From the NCBI GenBank assembly GCA_038816475.1, contig JAWBAI010000002.1, positions 32,001 through 96,000 of the forward strand: a stretch of 64,000 nucleotides of DNA, written 5' to 3'. This document shows positions 47,761 to 60,324 of this stretch, piece by piece (the first letter of the stretch is position 1; each line of letters begins with the position of its first letter). The notes under the pieces are model-generated. The model searched no databases, was not told the origin of the DNA, and saw only the letters and a program-made list of their open reading frames with translations. The DNA is from Desulfurococcaceae archaeon (lineage in GTDB: Archaea > Thermoproteota > Thermoprotei_A > Sulfolobales > Desulfurococcaceae). The position numbers and the translations under genes are program-made.

Positions 47761-49089
47761 TTACTTCTTAATTGTAACCTGTGCTGGTTTAACTTCGATT
47801 ACTTGTCCTATACCTACGGTTCTACCCATGTCACGCATAGCAAATCTGCCGAGTCCTGGGAAGTCAGAGTACTTTTCAACAACTAATGGTTTAATGGGCT
47901 TAAGCTTTACTAATGCGATGTCACCTTGCTTTATGAACTGCGGGTTCTTTTCAGCCTCCTTACCTGTTCTCGGGTCCAACTTTGCCAATATCTCTGTGAT
48001 TCTACATGCCACACTCGCTGTGTGAATGTGTATTACAGGCGTGTAACCTACTGCTATGGCTGTTGGATGCCATACTACCATGACTCTAGCCACGTACTCG
48101 TCTGCAACTGTTGGTGGATTGTCAATTGGTCCTACAACATCACCACGCTTAAGGTCCTTCTTTTCTACACCCTTCAGGTTGAAACCAATGTTGTCGCCAG
48201 GTTCTGCTTTTTCTATTTTAACATAGTGAGTTTCTATGGACTTTACTTCAGCTGTTAACCCTGGTGGCATTATAGCTACTTTCTCACCTGTTTTTAGTAC
48301 GCCAGATTCTACTCTACCTACAGCTACAACTCCAACGCCTGAGATCAGGTATACATCCTGTATTGGTATTCTCAAGGGTTTCTCAATTGGTCTTGACGGT
48401 GGAACAAGCGTATCGAGAGCTTCTACTAGTGTGGGACCATTGTACCATGGCATGTTCGGTGATCTCTCTATGAGGTTCTCTCCTGTCCACGCAGAGACTG
48501 GTATGAAGGGTATTTTGCTTGGATCGTAGCCAATGGTTTTCAGGAATTTGCTTAGTACTTCTACTATTTCCTTGTATCTTTTCTCACTATAAGGTGGCTC
48601 TGTGGCATCCATCTTGTTGACTGCCACAATGAGCTGACCTATGCCCATGGTTCTTGCTAGTATAGCGTGTTCTCTCGTTTGACCTTCTGCGCTCATACCT
48701 GCCTCGAATTCTCCTTTTCTGGCACTAACCACGAGTATTGCAGCATCTGCTTGGCTTGCACCAGTAATCATGTTCTTAACGAAGTCCCTGTGACCTGGAG
48801 CATCTATAATCGTGAAGAAGTACTTCTTGGTCTCGAACTTCATGTACGATAGCGATATTGTTAAACCACGCTCTCTTTCCTCCTTCAACCTGTCAAGCAA
48901 CCATGCAAACTTGAAGCTCTCTTTACCCATCTTCTTAGCTTGTTCCTCGATCTCTCTGAGAGTTTTTTCATCAAAGTATCCAAGACGATACAGTACCTGG
49001 CCTACCATTGTACTTTTGCCGTGGTCTACGTGACCTATTATTATTAGGTTCAAGTGTGGTTTCTGAGGTGCACTCATGTCTGTGCTCAC
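47761..49089 (-). CDS. tuf: Translation elongation factor aEF-1alpha
   Basis: GHVDHGKST, DAPGHRDFVKNMITGASQAD, NKMD, GRFAMRDMG. Confidence 0.98.
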   Translation of the reverse strand: MSTDMSAPQKPHLNLIIIGHVDHGKSTMVGQVLYRLGYFDEKTLREIEEQAKKMGKESFKFAWLLDRLKEERERGLTISLSYMKFETKKYFFTIIDAPGHRDFVKNMITGASQADAAILVVSARKGEFEAGMSAEGQTREHAILARTMGIGQLIVAVNKMDATEPPYSEKRYKEIVEVLSKFLKTIGYDPSKIPFIPVSAWTGENLIERSPNMPWYNGPTLVEALDTLVPPSRPIEKPLRIPIQDVYLISGVGVVAVGRVESGVLKTGEKVAIMPPGLTAEVKSIETHYVKIEKAEPGDNIGFNLKGVEKKDLKRGDVVGPIDNPPTVADEYVARVMVVWHPTAIAVGYTPVIHIHTASVACRITEILAKLDPRTGKEAEKNPQFIKQGDIALVKLKPIKPLVVEKYSDFPGLGRFAMRDMGRTVGIGQVIEVKPAQVTIKK

Positions 49090-49276
49090 CGTACCGGTAA
49101 AACACTCATACTGTACATTGCCTTATAAAGTTTTAGCAACCTTTTAACCTTAATTAAAAGCCGGAAACTTAGGATACGCTGGTAACAGTGTTATGAGCAT
49201 TCTCTCCAAGTCTTGTTACAACCACGAAGATGTTCGAATCTGGATGATCAAGAAACCCTTACTAAAAACCAATGAG

Positions 49277-49876
49277 CTATCTGCTACTTAGAGCAATTCT
49301 TTCTATCTCATCCTTTCGCTGAATAGCGTAGCTTCTAGGATCACCACTCGCTGCAAGTACTATCTCTTCCGCGAGAGCTTCCTCAACAGGTAGTGGATTG
49401 TTGAATGCCTTTAATCTAGCTCCCTCTGCAAGGTGTTTAAGTGCAGTATCTACACGTCTCTGTGGGGAAACGTCAACTGAAACGTGGTAAACTATACCAC
49501 CGTACATTATTCTCGTTGTATCCTCCCTTGGGGCTGCGTTCTCAATTGCTCTCACAAGTACTTGAATTGGGTTCTCGCCGGTTTTAAGGTAAATTAAGTC
49601 GAAGGCTTTCTTTACAATGTTGTAGGCGATATGCTTTTTACCCGTGTTTCTTCCAGGGTACATCAACTTGTTTATCAGTCTTTCAACTATTGGAACTCTC
49701 GCTTTAGCTAGCTTCCTACGTTCGTGACGTCCGCCTGTATGTGGTAGTATCACAGGTTTTAAGCATATGTACCTCTTTAAGCTTGGATCTCTTACCTCCA
49801 CGAAGTCGTAACTCCATTTTCCAAATAGTTTAGGTTCGCTGAGCTCGATCTCTACAACTTGGGACTTCTCGTTCAA
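49277..49876 (-). CDS. rps7: 30S ribosomal protein uS7
   Basis: [31 protein letters not shown]. Confidence 0.97.
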   Translation of the reverse strand: MNEKSQVVEIELSEPKLFGKWSYDFVEVRDPSLKRYICLKPVILPHTGGRHERRKLAKARVPIVERLINKLMYPGRNTGKKHIAYNIVKKAFDLIYLKTGENPIQVLVRAIENAAPREDTTRIMYGGIVYHVSVDVSPQRRVDTALKHLAEGARLKAFNNPLPVEEALAEEIVLAASGDPRSYAIQRKDEIERIALSSR

Positions 49877-49882
49877 CGTTCT

Positions 49883-50329
49883 CTACCTTACAGGTTTCTG
49901 CTTTTTGCCTAACCAGAGCGCTCTTAATGATACCCCGTTAACCATAACAACCTTGTACTTGACTCCTGGAATGTCGCCCATCGATCCTCCCAGTGTTCCA
50001 CCAATACCCTCGATTATGACCTCGTCGTGCTCGTCAATGAAGTTTATACCTCCATCCCATGGAACAAAGGCTGTTACCACCTTGCCGTTTTTAACTAGTT
50101 GCACCCTAACACACTTTCTCACGGCTGAGTTAGGCTTACGTGATTCTACACCTACTTTCTCTAGAACAATACCACGAGCCATCGGCGCTCCTTCGAGTGG
50201 ATCTCTTATCAGTCCTTGCTTTCTTAGCATACGGTTCTTGTACTCTCGCTGATACCATCTAAACTTCTTTCGTTTTTCAACAAGTTTTCTAGCTGCATAC
50301 ATTCCATTAGGGCTTTTCTTACCAGGCAC
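49883..50329 (-). CDS. rps12: 30S ribosomal protein uS12
   Basis: [20 protein letters not shown]. Confidence 0.97.
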   Translation of the reverse strand: MPGKKSPNGMYAARKLVEKRKKFRWYQREYKNRMLRKQGLIRDPLEGAPMARGIVLEKVGVESRKPNSAVRKCVRVQLVKNGKVVTAFVPWDGGINFIDEHDEVIIEGIGGTLGGSMGDIPGVKYKVVMVNGVSLRALWLGKKQKPVR

Positions 50330-50373
50330 TGTAAGCACCTCACTCTAACTATCTACAGAAAAAGTACTTGTAT

Positions 50374-50814
50374 TTAAGCTATTATAACCGAGTCTATGCC
50401 AAAGTGCCTCTTTAAAATCAACTTGGCTCTCAAAACGTTTTTACCGTTTTTACCTATGGCTATGGCTTTGTCTGCCGGATTTACCGCTACGTAGAGTACC
50501 TTTGTGCCATTGGGCCTTTCAACCAGCTTAATATCAGTAACCCTGGCTGGTGTAAATGCGTACTTAACCTGCTCTGCGAGGTTATCACTGTACCCAACAA
50601 CCTCTATTGTTTTTCCGAGAATCTTACTCAGCTTTTGAACGAAGAATCCTCGTGGACCAATCGCTTTTCCTACCTCCTCGGGGTTTACGAGGAACACTAT
50701 TCTATTGTTCTCGTTGTCTATAATACAGTCTCTTACCGTGACACCGGTGATCTCACTGAATAGCGACATATACCTGAATTCCTCTGATGTTATTCTAACG
50801 CCGCTTTTACTCAC
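50374..50814 (-). CDS. nusA: Archaeal NusA (two KH domains)
   Basis: GKAIGPRG and AIAIGKNGKN KH motifs; rpoA''-L30e-nusA-S12 order. Confidence 0.93.
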   Translation of the reverse strand: MSKSGVRITSEEFRYMSLFSEITGVTVRDCIIDNENNRIVFLVNPEEVGKAIGPRGFFVQKLSKILGKTIEVVGYSDNLAEQVKYAFTPARVTDIKLVERPNGTKVLYVAVNPADKAIAIGKNGKNVLRAKLILKRHFGIDSVIIA

Positions 50815-51151
50815 CCAGTTCACCTCCTCTGACCAGTTCAAGGATATTAGATTGTCCTGGTTCTAACACAGCGAGAACAGCAACACTGTGAGGCCTGCCC
50901 ACTACTGCACCAAGCTCCATGTTTGTACCATCGAATTCTACAACGGGTATTCTGCTTAGCTTAGCGTAGTACAGTACATCTCGCTTAAGCTCAGGTGGCG
51001 CGTTCATAGCAACAACAACCACCTTCGCTTTCCCATGGAGTACTGTTTTAATGGTTCTTCTCGCCCCGTACACGATCTGCCCTGTTCGAACCGCTGCCTG
51101 TATAGCTCTAATCAAGTCGGGTTTCGGAACAACGTATGGAACATTATTCAA
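50807..51151 (-). CDS. rpl30e: 50S ribosomal protein eL30
   Basis: TG.IVYGAR, YYAKLS, ELG..VGRP, G.SNI. Confidence 0.94.
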   Translation of the reverse strand: MNNVPYVVPKPDLIRAIQAAVRTGQIVYGARRTIKTVLHGKAKVVVVAMNAPPELKRDVLYYAKLSRIPVVEFDGTNMELGAVVGRPHSVAVLAVLEPGQSNILELVRGGELGE

Positions 51152-52364
51152 CTTTCTCACCTCCATACTCGTTCTCTACGCTAGTGCGCGGATTCATAAA
51201 CACCTGGACTATACCTGTACCAACTGGTACTATTTGCCCTATTATTATGTTTTCGGTTATACCTAGTAGTTTGTCCTCCTCGCCAGCAAACGCGCTTTCA
51301 ACGAGTTTCTGAACAGTTGTTTCAAACGTTGCTTTCGCGAGAACACTTGGTTTTTCGCCGGCGATACCCATTCTGCCTATTTGCCTAATGTGACCAGTCC
51401 ACGTCATTATGTCAGCGAGTAGCATTATGTGGCGAATATCCACGTCTAAACCTTGGTCATCTAGTGTATTCTTGATCTCCTTTATGATAGCCATTCTAGC
51501 TGCTTCTATTCCAAGGACCTTTTCGACTTCGTGAATGTTGTTCGTGTAGATCTTCCTCCAGTTAACTCCAGGTATTTTCATTACCTCCTCCAGGTTGCTT
51601 CCTTCGGCAATTATAACATACTCGTCTCCTCTCCTTTGTATGATCGTCTTCTTAATACCCTTTACTCCCTTTACCATTGTTTGAAGTACTCTTGTTCTAA
51701 GCCTCTCTATCTTTGATGGATCTAGGTACTCTTCACTCAGAAATACCTTGATTGTTTGGGGTTCTTCGGGGTCCACTGTGACCTCTCCTACGTCGATCTC
51801 TCTTAACGCTCTGATGACGTCTTCTACGGTGATTCCCTTGTCCAGTAGCATTTCGTTGTCAAGCTTGAGATATAGAACGCCCTCTGAGTAGTCTATGCTG
51901 AACTCGCTCGCAACGTTTTCAATGTATGTTGCTTCGATGGCTCTCGCTATATTTCTTACTTTTTCAAGATCACGCTTTACATCGTCTTCGAGGTATATCT
52001 CCATTATCGGGGTTTCCGGCTGCTTCCTAGCATCTACGATTTCTATAAGTCTTGGTAATCCTAACGTAACGTTGTACTCCCTAACACCAGCGTAGTGAAA
52101 AACTCTCAGGGTCATCTGAGTTGATGGTTCACCAAGGCTTTGCGCTGTAATAGTACCCACAGCTTCACCTGGCTCGATGAGAGCACGATGATAGTTCTCA
52201 ACGACTTCGTCAATTATCTTTCTTATCTTCTCTGGAGTTAGTTTGTGCTTACTAATGGCCGTTTTTAGCTTTTCACGTAGCTCATTTAGCAGCGCAGATG
52301 GGATCTTGCCGGAGACTGCGCTTATTAATTCATCCAGGTCAATGTGTTGTTCCAATCCATCCAC
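51144..52364 (-). CDS. rpo1C: RNA polymerase subunit Rpo1C (A'')
   Basis: PGEAVG..TAQSLGEPSTQMTL, NVTLGLPRLIE, DIRHIMLLAD. Confidence 0.97.
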   Translation of the reverse strand: MDGLEQHIDLDELISAVSGKIPSALLNELREKLKTAISKHKLTPEKIRKIIDEVVENYHRALIEPGEAVGTITAQSLGEPSTQMTLRVFHYAGVREYNVTLGLPRLIEIVDARKQPETPIMEIYLEDDVKRDLEKVRNIARAIEATYIENVASEFSIDYSEGVLYLKLDNEMLLDKGITVEDVIRALREIDVGEVTVDPEEPQTIKVFLSEEYLDPSKIERLRTRVLQTMVKGVKGIKKTIIQRRGDEYVIIAEGSNLEEVMKIPGVNWRKIYTNNIHEVEKVLGIEAARMAIIKEIKNTLDDQGLDVDIRHIMLLADIMTWTGHIRQIGRMGIAGEKPSVLAKATFETTVQKLVESAFAGEEDKLLGITENIIIGQIVPVGTGIVQVFMNPRTSVENEYGGEKVE

Positions 52365-52371
52365 CTCTCTC

Positions 52372-55011
52372 CTACTCGATGTATTTTTCGATTATTCTAT
52401 CTACGTTGACAGCCTTACCATGATCACTCTTCATAGGGTCAACACCGTCTTCACCATACAGCAGTTGTACAATCTCTCCAAAGGCTGTTCTAACCGTTCC
52501 ATCGTAGAAGACTCTGAGATCTTGCAAAGCGTTTATTAGTCTTCTCTGCATGTAACCCGATTGACTTGTTCTCACAGCTGTGTCTATTAGTCCCTCTCTA
52601 CCTGCTGCTGCGTGGAAGAACATCTCAAGCGGATTTAACCCGTACACGAACCCTGACTTCACAAACCCTCTAGCAATAGCACTTATATCTCCCGGCTTGA
52701 AGTGCGGTAGTATCCTACCAGCGTAGCCTCTACTGAGCCTTTTACCCCTGACCGTTTGCTGTCCAAGTATACCGGACATTTGCGTTAGGTTTATCGGGTT
52801 ACCTCTTGCACCAGTTCTAGCCATTACTACAACAGGATTGTCCAGCCCGAAGTAGTTCGTAAGTACATCTGCTACTTTATCAAGTAATCTCTTTGACAAC
52901 GTATCAATGATTTCGTCTTCCAATGTTTCCTCCAAAGTTTTGCCCGGCTTTGGCACGAGTTCGCCTTTTCTATACATTTCTATCAGTTCCTCCGTTGCTT
53001 TGATACCTTCTTTGATAATCCTTTCTATTGCCTCCTTTGCCTCCGGGCTTAGTGTTAGGTGGAAGTATCCCATGGTAAACCCTGCCATCTCGCACATTCT
53101 GATGAACAACTTGTACACTTTGTCCATGAATTGTCGTCCGAAATCCTCTCCGTAGTTTTTAATCAACCAGTGAACAAGGCTTTCGGGTTCCTCTCTACCT
53201 ATACTAGCTTTATCTAATACACCCTCAAGCAACATACCTTTCTTGACTATAACAATAGTGTCGTGAGGGCAGTCCTCGTCAATGCACCTGAGAACCGATG
53301 CACTTCCCACCTTTGAGCCTCTTCTGTAGTTGAAGTCCTTTGGTAAGAATAATGATACAAGCTGCTTTCCAGTCCAGTACTCTCTTGGTTTCAGAATAGC
53401 TGGTTCCGGTATCTCTCCACGGTACCCTGCTGCTGCTATCAATGTTACAAACTTGTCTTTCGACAGTATCGTTGATTTTGTAGTCAAAAAGTATGCTCCA
53501 CTAATGTAGTCTTGCAATCCACCGATGATCGGGCCTCCATACCTGGGGGTTAAGATGTGCTTTTCTACGAGCATCAATATTCTAGCTTCTGCACGCGCTT
53601 CCTCGCTCTGCGGAACATGAAGGTTCATTTCATCTCCATCAAAGTCCGCGTTGTACGGTGGACATACTAGAAGATTCAACCTAAACGTTTTACCAGGTAG
53701 AACCCTCACGACGTGAGCCATAACCGAGATCCTGTGTAAAGACGGCTGCCTGTTGAACAGTACTATGTCGCCGTCGAGCAGATGTCTTTCAACGATAAAT
53801 CCTACTTCGAGAGACTCTGCTGCTGCTTTTCTATCAACGTACTTTAGACTTATCTTTCTTCCGTCTGGTCTAATAATGTAGTTTGCACCTGGCCATTTAT
53901 CTGGACCATTTAGGACAAGTGTTCTTAAGAAGTCCATGTTCCAAGGTGTTACTCTCTCAGGAACCGTGAGGATCTTAGCTACTTCTACGGGAACACCGAC
54001 TTCGTTTATACTTAGGTTCGGATCGGGGCTTATGACTGTTCTCGCTGAGAAATCTACCCTCTTACCTCTCAGATCTCCTCTAAACCTACCCTCTTTACCC
54101 TTAAGCCTCTGAGCTATTCCCTTTAAAACCTTTCCACTTCTATGCTTAGCTACAGGTATACCCGAGACCTCGTTGTCAAAGTACGTTGTAACGTGGTATT
54201 GCAGTAGCTCCCATTCCTCTTCAATCATAGCACTCGGAGCACCACTCTCGATGAGCTCTTTCAGCTTGTTGTTAACTCTCAGTATATCGACGAGTTTGTG
54301 AGTTAAGTCGTCTTCGCTTCTAATGCCCGTTTCCAGGGTGACAGAGGGTCTTACAGGTCTGGGTGGAACCGCTAGTACTGTTAGAACCATCCATTCTGGT
54401 CTGGCATCAACGGGATCCCCTCCTAGTAGTTTAACGTCCTCGTCGCGTATAGCTTCTAGTCTCTTTCTAATTTCACTTGGATTAAGCCTTCTCAAGCCTT
54501 CTTCGGTCTGCTCGTAGAAGGAGTGAGGTTTATCGAGCTTGATCTTGTAGGAGGGGGCTCCGCAGTGTGGGCATGTTGACGCGCTTGCTGTTTTTTTCCT
54601 AATGTATTCCTGTAGCCTCTTCGCGAGGTATGTAAGTCCGAGTTCTTCTAGGTCTTTGAGGAGTCTAAGGTATTCCTGTCTTTCATCTTCGGGTATTTTT
54701 AGCCTTCCGCATACACTGCAGGTTGTTCTTAGGTACATCAGAATGTACTTTGCAAACGCCACGTGAACAACTGGTTTTACAAGCTCTATGTGACCAAAGT
54801 GACCGGGACAGGCATCTCTCGTGTTTCCACATGTAGGGCATACTTCACCTGGTTCTATGGCTCCCATTCTTCTATCCATTACACCGCCGTCTATGGGCAT
54901 ACCGTCGTTGTCATATACGTCTGTTGTAACTACCGATGTAACGCTCATCCTGCGTATCTCGTCGGGTGAAAGTATACCGAACTTTATTCTGGAAATTCTA
55001 GAAGTAAGCAT
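52372..55011 (-). CDS. rpo1N: RNA polymerase subunit Rpo1N (A')
   Basis: CPGHFGH, NADFDGD catalytic motif, [17 protein letters not shown]; ATG at 55011. Confidence 0.98.
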   Translation of the reverse strand: MLTSRISRIKFGILSPDEIRRMSVTSVVTTDVYDNDGMPIDGGVMDRRMGAIEPGEVCPTCGNTRDACPGHFGHIELVKPVVHVAFAKYILMYLRTTCSVCGRLKIPEDERQEYLRLLKDLEELGLTYLAKRLQEYIRKKTASASTCPHCGAPSYKIKLDKPHSFYEQTEEGLRRLNPSEIRKRLEAIRDEDVKLLGGDPVDARPEWMVLTVLAVPPRPVRPSVTLETGIRSEDDLTHKLVDILRVNNKLKELIESGAPSAMIEEEWELLQYHVTTYFDNEVSGIPVAKHRSGKVLKGIAQRLKGKEGRFRGDLRGKRVDFSARTVISPDPNLSINEVGVPVEVAKILTVPERVTPWNMDFLRTLVLNGPDKWPGANYIIRPDGRKISLKYVDRKAAAESLEVGFIVERHLLDGDIVLFNRQPSLHRISVMAHVVRVLPGKTFRLNLLVCPPYNADFDGDEMNLHVPQSEEARAEARILMLVEKHILTPRYGGPIIGGLQDYISGAYFLTTKSTILSKDKFVTLIAAAGYRGEIPEPAILKPREYWTGKQLVSLFLPKDFNYRRGSKVGSASVLRCIDEDCPHDTIVIVKKGMLLEGVLDKASIGREEPESLVHWLIKNYGEDFGRQFMDKVYKLFIRMCEMAGFTMGYFHLTLSPEAKEAIERIIKEGIKATEELIEMYRKGELVPKPGKTLEETLEDEIIDTLSKRLLDKVADVLTNYFGLDNPVVVMARTGARGNPINLTQMSGILGQQTVRGKRLSRGYAGRILPHFKPGDISAIARGFVKSGFVYGLNPLEMFFHAAAGREGLIDTAVRTSQSGYMQRRLINALQDLRVFYDGTVRTAFGEIVQLLYGEDGVDPMKSDHGKAVNVDRIIEKYIE

Positions 55012-55016
55012 GAATA

Positions 55017-58000
55017 TCACGCTTGCGCAAGATCTTCGATGTAAATGCGAGGTCTTATACCCATGCTTATGAGCTCCTGTAATAGCAACTTGAAAGCGTA
55101 AGATACTTCCACGGGTTTCAATTCGGCTTTCTCCTTGTGTATTGGGCACATGAACCTACCTTTGTTTTTATCGTAGTAGCCTATGAGCCCGCACTCTGTA
55201 CATATGTAGACTCTCGTGAGATCGCTTCTCTCCCTCATGGTTTCCCTTAGAAGTATAGAAGTTCCGTGTCCAACAAGACAATCGACTTCCATTTCACCCC
55301 ATCTTAATCCTCCTGCTCTTGAACGTCCTTGAGTTGGCTGTCTTGTAAGTATTTGAACAGGTCCTCTAGCTCTAGCGTGTATTTTATCTGCTACCATGTG
55401 ATGTAGCTTTTGATAGTAAACTATGCCTATGAAGACTGGTGATTCGAGTTTTTCACCAGTTCTACCATCGTACATCACCTCTTCGCCTGTTGGCATATAA
55501 CCGTGTCTTTTCAGTATCAACCTGAAGTTATCAATACTCTTGTTTTCATAGAAGGGTGTAGCGTCTATGAACTCTCCTTGGAGAGCAGCGGCTTTCCCTG
55601 CAATAGACTCAAGTAGCTGTCCAACGGTCATTCTGCTGGGGAATGCGTGCGGGTTTATTATCAAGTCCGGAGTAATACCTTCCTCGTTGAAAGGCATATC
55701 ATACTGTGGAACAAGTAGTCCTACAACACCCTTCTGTCCATGCCTTGATGCGAACTTATCTCCGAGCTCTGGTATTCTTAGGTCTCTAACCTTAACCTTA
55801 ATTAGCTTATTTCCTTCATCATCCAGGGTGATTACTACGACATCAACAACTCCTTTTTCACCGTGTCTTACAGCTATACTGGTGTCTTGACGTGTAAGTC
55901 CTCCAACACCGTACTCCTGAGCGCTCAGGAACCTGGGTGGACTCGTTTTACCAACTAGGACTTGCCCCCCGTAGACCTCTGTTTCAGGAGCTACTATGCC
56001 ATCATCTTCGAGCAATTCGTATGCTTGGTGTCCACGATAACCGCGAACACTTGGTGGAGGTCTAGTTATTTCGTCTTGTATACCACCGGGGTACTTGTAT
56101 TCAACTGTAGCATATAGTCTGAAGAACGTGGACCTCGCGAGCCCGCGGTCTACGCTACTCTTGTTTAGAATAACGGCGTCCTCCATGTTGTAGCCGGTGT
56201 ACGTTAGAACAGCAACAACCATGTTTTGACCTGATGGTCTCTCCTCATATCCCACCGCGCTGATAGCTTTAGTTGTTACTAGTGGTTTCTGCACGTAGTG
56301 GAGTAGATGACCACGAGTATCTACTCTTCTCTGAAAAGCAGCGCTACTTAATCCAAGTGCTTGCTTAGCCATAGCTGCTTCGTACATGTTTCTTGGACTC
56401 TGATTGTGCTCTGAGTATGGTATGATTGAAGCTGTAATTCCGAATATCCCGGGTAACCAGAGCTCTAGATGAGTATGTTCGTTCGTTACCATTTCGGGGG
56501 ATAGTGCTACGTAAGCTGATTCTTCCTCATCAGGGTCTAGGTACTCAATAATTCCAGCTTTGACCAGGTCGTCAAAGGTAAGCTTACCTTCTTTTAGTTT
56601 TTTGACATGCTCTTTTGTGAGCTTGGGCTTACCATTTTCCACGACTATTAAGGGTCTTCTTATACGACCTGGGTCGGTGTTGATCATCACTTCATTAATG
56701 TGCTCAGTTTTAATGTGAACCACATTTACTTCGTGACTTAACTTGCTCGTTCTTCTGAGCGTTCTAATGGTTTTTACCAAGTAGTCTGGGTTGGAGTGAA
56801 AACCTATGAACTTGCCGTTTAAGAACACTTTTGCGTAGTTCGCATATTCGATGCCAGGGTGTTCTCCTTTATCAAGCTCCTCAATAATCGCTTCAAGATA
56901 TCCCTTTAGAACCTTTCCTCTTACTCTCTTGGTTATTACTGGTATTACTCCGTGTTCATAGAGAAGGTTTTCCACCTCTTTGTCCTCTACACCTACGCTC
57001 ACGTTAACTAGTAGTGCTAGGTTTTTAACAAGACCTATGTTAGTACCTTCGGGTGTTTCGAAGGGGCAAATTCTACCCCATTGAGTACCGTGTAGTTCTC
57101 TTGCCTCGAAGTGCGGTTGACCGCGCGCTAGTGGCGAAACTACTCTTCTTAGATGACTCAGTGTGCTCATATAGTTGGTACGGTCCAGTAGCTGGCTAAC
57201 ACCTGTTCTTCCACCCGGCCAATTACCCGTAGCCATAGCGTGCATTATTCTATCCGTTATCACAGTATGCTTAAACGCTACTTTGAGCTCTATTCTGCCA
57301 GTTTTTGATATTTGCTTTTCGATTTCCTCTCTTACCTCTCTCGTGAAAGCCACCAGAGCTGTTCTGATAAGCGTTGCCAGCAGGTCACCAGCGAGCTTCA
57401 ACCTCTTGTTTCTATAGTGGTCCTTATCGTCGGGTTGCCTATACCCAAGCATAAGCTCTATTATTCTTGCTATCATCTGCCCTATGAAGACAGCTTTCAG
57501 TAATCTTGTTTCACGGCTCGGATCTGTACCTATGTGGGGGAGTAATCTTTCGTCGAGAAGTCTTCTAGCTCTTTGAATTCTTTCTTCTCTAGGTCTACCG
57601 ATGGCAAACCTTGAACCAATAAAGTCCAATGCCTCTTCTACAATTCTCTCTTTGTACTTCTTAACGTACTCCCTGATCTTATCATCGGGTAAGTCCGAGG
57701 GTATTTCGAGCTTAGGTAAAGCCTGCTCTGCTTGGAGTATGGATGGAAGAAGATACGTGTGGTAAACAGGGTTTGCACTAACAGCGTACAGAATTTCACG
57801 GGTGTCTAAACCGAGAGCTATCATGAGTATAACTGCCGGGATCTTGTGCCCCTGTACATTAGCGTAGAATATTCCATCCTTCTTTCTATCTATGATCAGC
57901 TGCGACCTTCGCCCCCTTGACGCGCTAATAACTTTTGCTGTATGCGTGATTCCTGTACCTTCTTGACCGTAGTCGACCAGTATAGTATTGCTCGCAAGAT

Positions 58001-58502
58001 CCTCCTGAGCTACGAGAACTTTCTCACTACCATTGATAATAAAGTATCCGCCGGGATCTCTGGGGTCTTCGCCGTGCTCTATCAGTTCTTGCTGAGTCAT
58101 CTTGCTTAGTGGATCTATCTCTGATCTCAACATTACAGGTAGGTCCATGAGTTTTAACTCGGTTTCTCTAGAAATACCCATGCAGTTTAATCTAACTGTA
58201 ACGTAAACAGGTGCCATGTAAGTGAGATTTCTAATTCTGCACTCGAGTGGGGTTTTATACTGTGTTGTACCATCTACCTCCGTCCACTGGGGTTGTCCAA
58301 TCCTGTACTTTTCTATATAGAGATAGCAGTCGGGTGTTATTGGTATTTCTCTGAACTCCTCAATGATCGATGGTAAGATTTCGCGTATAAACCTATTGTA
58401 GCTGTCTAGGTGCTGTCTTACTAGTCCTTTCTCCTCTAGGTACTTTTTCGCCACAATCCAGAGGTCTTCGTGCGTTAAGGTGTCTGCACTTGTATTGCTC
58501 AA
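55017..58502 (-). CDS. rpo2: RNA polymerase subunit Rpo2 (B, unsplit)
   Basis: [39 protein letters not shown]. Confidence 0.98.
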   Translation of the reverse strand: MSNTSADTLTHEDLWIVAKKYLEEKGLVRQHLDSYNRFIREILPSIIEEFREIPITPDCYLYIEKYRIGQPQWTEVDGTTQYKTPLECRIRNLTYMAPVYVTVRLNCMGISRETELKLMDLPVMLRSEIDPLSKMTQQELIEHGEDPRDPGGYFIINGSEKVLVAQEDLASNTILVDYGQEGTGITHTAKVISASRGRRSQLIIDRKKDGIFYANVQGHKIPAVILMIALGLDTREILYAVSANPVYHTYLLPSILQAEQALPKLEIPSDLPDDKIREYVKKYKERIVEEALDFIGSRFAIGRPREERIQRARRLLDERLLPHIGTDPSRETRLLKAVFIGQMIARIIELMLGYRQPDDKDHYRNKRLKLAGDLLATLIRTALVAFTREVREEIEKQISKTGRIELKVAFKHTVITDRIMHAMATGNWPGGRTGVSQLLDRTNYMSTLSHLRRVVSPLARGQPHFEARELHGTQWGRICPFETPEGTNIGLVKNLALLVNVSVGVEDKEVENLLYEHGVIPVITKRVRGKVLKGYLEAIIEELDKGEHPGIEYANYAKVFLNGKFIGFHSNPDYLVKTIRTLRRTSKLSHEVNVVHIKTEHINEVMINTDPGRIRRPLIVVENGKPKLTKEHVKKLKEGKLTFDDLVKAGIIEYLDPDEEESAYVALSPEMVTNEHTHLELWLPGIFGITASIIPYSEHNQSPRNMYEAAMAKQALGLSSAAFQRRVDTRGHLLHYVQKPLVTTKAISAVGYEERPSGQNMVVAVLTYTGYNMEDAVILNKSSVDRGLARSTFFRLYATVEYKYPGGIQDEITRPPPSVRGYRGHQAYELLEDDGIVAPETEVYGGQVLVGKTSPPRFLSAQEYGVGGLTRQDTSIAVRHGEKGVVDVVVITLDDEGNKLIKVKVRDLRIPELGDKFASRHGQKGVVGLLVPQYDMPFNEEGITPDLIINPHAFPSRMTVGQLLESIAGKAAALQGEFIDATPFYENKSIDNFRLILKRHGYMPTGEEVMYDGRTGEKLESPVFIGIVYYQKLHHMVADKIHARARGPVQILTRQPTQGRSRAGGLRWGEMEVDCLVGHGTSILLRETMRERSDLTRVYICTECGLIGYYDKNKGRFMCPIHKEKAELKPVEVSYAFKLLLQELISMGIRPRIYIEDLAQA

Positions 58503-58756
58503 GGCTTCTTTGTCACCTCTACAACTACGTACCTGTAAGCAATGGATACCCCAGCAGTAGGACTTTTTCTAACAATCCTTATAATATCTCCTGGCTTCGC
58601 TCCTATAGCTTTAACCACCGGATCCTCAGTAGAGATCCATGGAAGTTGCCACGGTTTTATGCCTAGTTCATCCAGAATGCGCTTTGCTTCTTCCGGAGGT
58701 ACAATTTCGTGCTTTGGAACAAGCTCGTGCTCAAGGATGTTAACCTGCTTGCTCAT
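58499..58756 (-). CDS. rpo5: RNA polymerase subunit Rpo5 (H)
   Basis: [13 protein letters not shown]...DP, RKSPTAG..IAYR. Confidence 0.96.
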   Translation of the reverse strand: MSKQVNILEHELVPKHEIVPPEEAKRILDELGIKPWQLPWISTEDPVVKAIGAKPGDIIRIVRKSPTAGVSIAYRYVVVEVTKKP

Positions 58757-58853
58757 AGTATCCGATACCTCTAAGCATCAGCACCTTATATATACACACT
58801 TTAAACGCTTTTTAAAGCGGATTCATAGAGTTTCTCTTTAACAACCATATAAG

Positions 58854-58940
<87 letters not shown>

Positions 58941-59124
58941 ACCACAACTCACTCTAAGCAAAAGGGCTTAAAAGCGTTTAAAGGAGAGGCTTGAGTCAAG
59001 TAAGTTTTATACGTTTCTAGAACCACATATTACTGGATTGAAGTGTGCCTTGCTGATCGAGGTGAAATAGTCTTATTAACCATGCAACTTACCTTTTACA
59101 GCACCTGGCTTGCGTGTAGAGGTG

Positions 59125-60324
59125 ATGCTAGTGGAAGGCTTTGACATAATTGAGGAGATCATCAGAAAAAGAGGTTTGGTATCGAGAATTTTTGCCAATA
59201 GAGAAATACTGCATCCTGATTACATACCTGATACATTGCCTCATAGAGAAAGAGAAATAGCCAAGCTCGCTGAGATACTAGTAGTATCTGCGAAAGGCGA
59301 AAAACCAAGTAATGTTTTTCTCTACGGGTTAACAGGTACTGGTAAAACCGTAGTAGCCAAGTACGTTGTAAAAAAACTCACGGAGAAAGTAGCTACACTC
59401 GGTGTAAAACTGAACTACGCATACGTTAACACCAGAAAAGTGGATACCGCGTACAAGGTTTTCTCTCAGGTAGCTTCTAGCATAGGGTTAAGAGTACCGC
59501 ATACAGGGTTAGCTCTCAGCGAAATCTACAGAAGATACGTAAACGCGCTGGACAGCTGGGGAGGTCTTCACATAGTTATTCTTGATGAAATCGACTACTT
59601 CGTGAAGAAAAACGGAGATGATGTACTGTACAGGCTTCTGAGAATAAACGAAGATCTATCCAGAGCAAAGGTTTCGATTATAGGGATTACAAACAACTTG
59701 TACTTTGTCGAAAACCTTGATCCAAGAGTGAAGTCGAGTCTAGGAGAAGAGGAAATAGTTTTCACACCGTACAACGCTGAACAATTGTTCACTATACTAA
59801 AGCAGAGAGCTGAAAAAGCCTTTAAACAGGGTGTTGTAGATGATGGTGTTCTCTCCTACTGTGCTGCATTAGCAGCTAGAGAGCATGGTGATGCCCGGAG
59901 GGCTTTAGACCTGCTTAGAGTCGCAGGTGAAATAGCTGAAAGAGAGAACGCTGAAAAGGTAACGGTAGATCACGTCAAAAAAGCTCTTGCGGAAATAGAA
60001 GAAGGGAGAGTATACCACAGCATAGTATCACTGCCAATGCATCAGAAACTCGTATTGAAAGCTATTATTGATACAGTTTCAAAGAAGGGTTTTGCAACAA
60101 CAGGTGAGGTTTACCAGGTATACACCGAAGAAGCGAGTAAAAGAGGACTTGAACCTCTGTCGCTCAGGAGAATCAGTGACATTATTTCACAGCTAGATAT
60201 GATGGGACTTATTTTAGCAGAAGTCGTTAACAGAGGTAGACACGGAGTTACGAAAATAGTTAAAGTCAAAAACGATGTCGTGGACATTGCAAACGAGGTT
60301 CTGAAAAACCTTGATGCAATCTAA
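59125..60324 (+). CDS. cdc6: Orc1/Cdc6 replication initiator
   Basis: PDYIPDTLPHRE, YGLTGTGKT, LDEID, LDPRVKSSL, HGDARRALDLLR, C-terminal winged helix. Confidence 0.96.
   Translation: MLVEGFDIIEEIIRKRGLVSRIFANREILHPDYIPDTLPHREREIAKLAEILVVSAKGEKPSNVFLYGLTGTGKTVVAKYVVKKLTEKVATLGVKLNYAYVNTRKVDTAYKVFSQVASSIGLRVPHTGLALSEIYRRYVNALDSWGGLHIVILDEIDYFVKKNGDDVLYRLLRINEDLSRAKVSIIGITNNLYFVENLDPRVKSSLGEEEIVFTPYNAEQLFTILKQRAEKAFKQGVVDDGVLSYCAALAAREHGDARRALDLLRVAGEIAERENAEKVTVDHVKKALAEIEEGRVYHSIVSLPMHQKLVLKAIIDTVSKKGFATTGEVYQVYTEEASKRGLEPLSLRRISDIISQLDMMGLILAEVVNRGRHGVTKIVKVKNDVVDIANEVLKNLDAI

Noticed and set aside
49090-49276. Gap between uS7 and EF-1alpha with no EF-2 gene
   Set aside because: This arrangement is normal in crenarchaea; no EF-2 remnant or structured RNA is evident.
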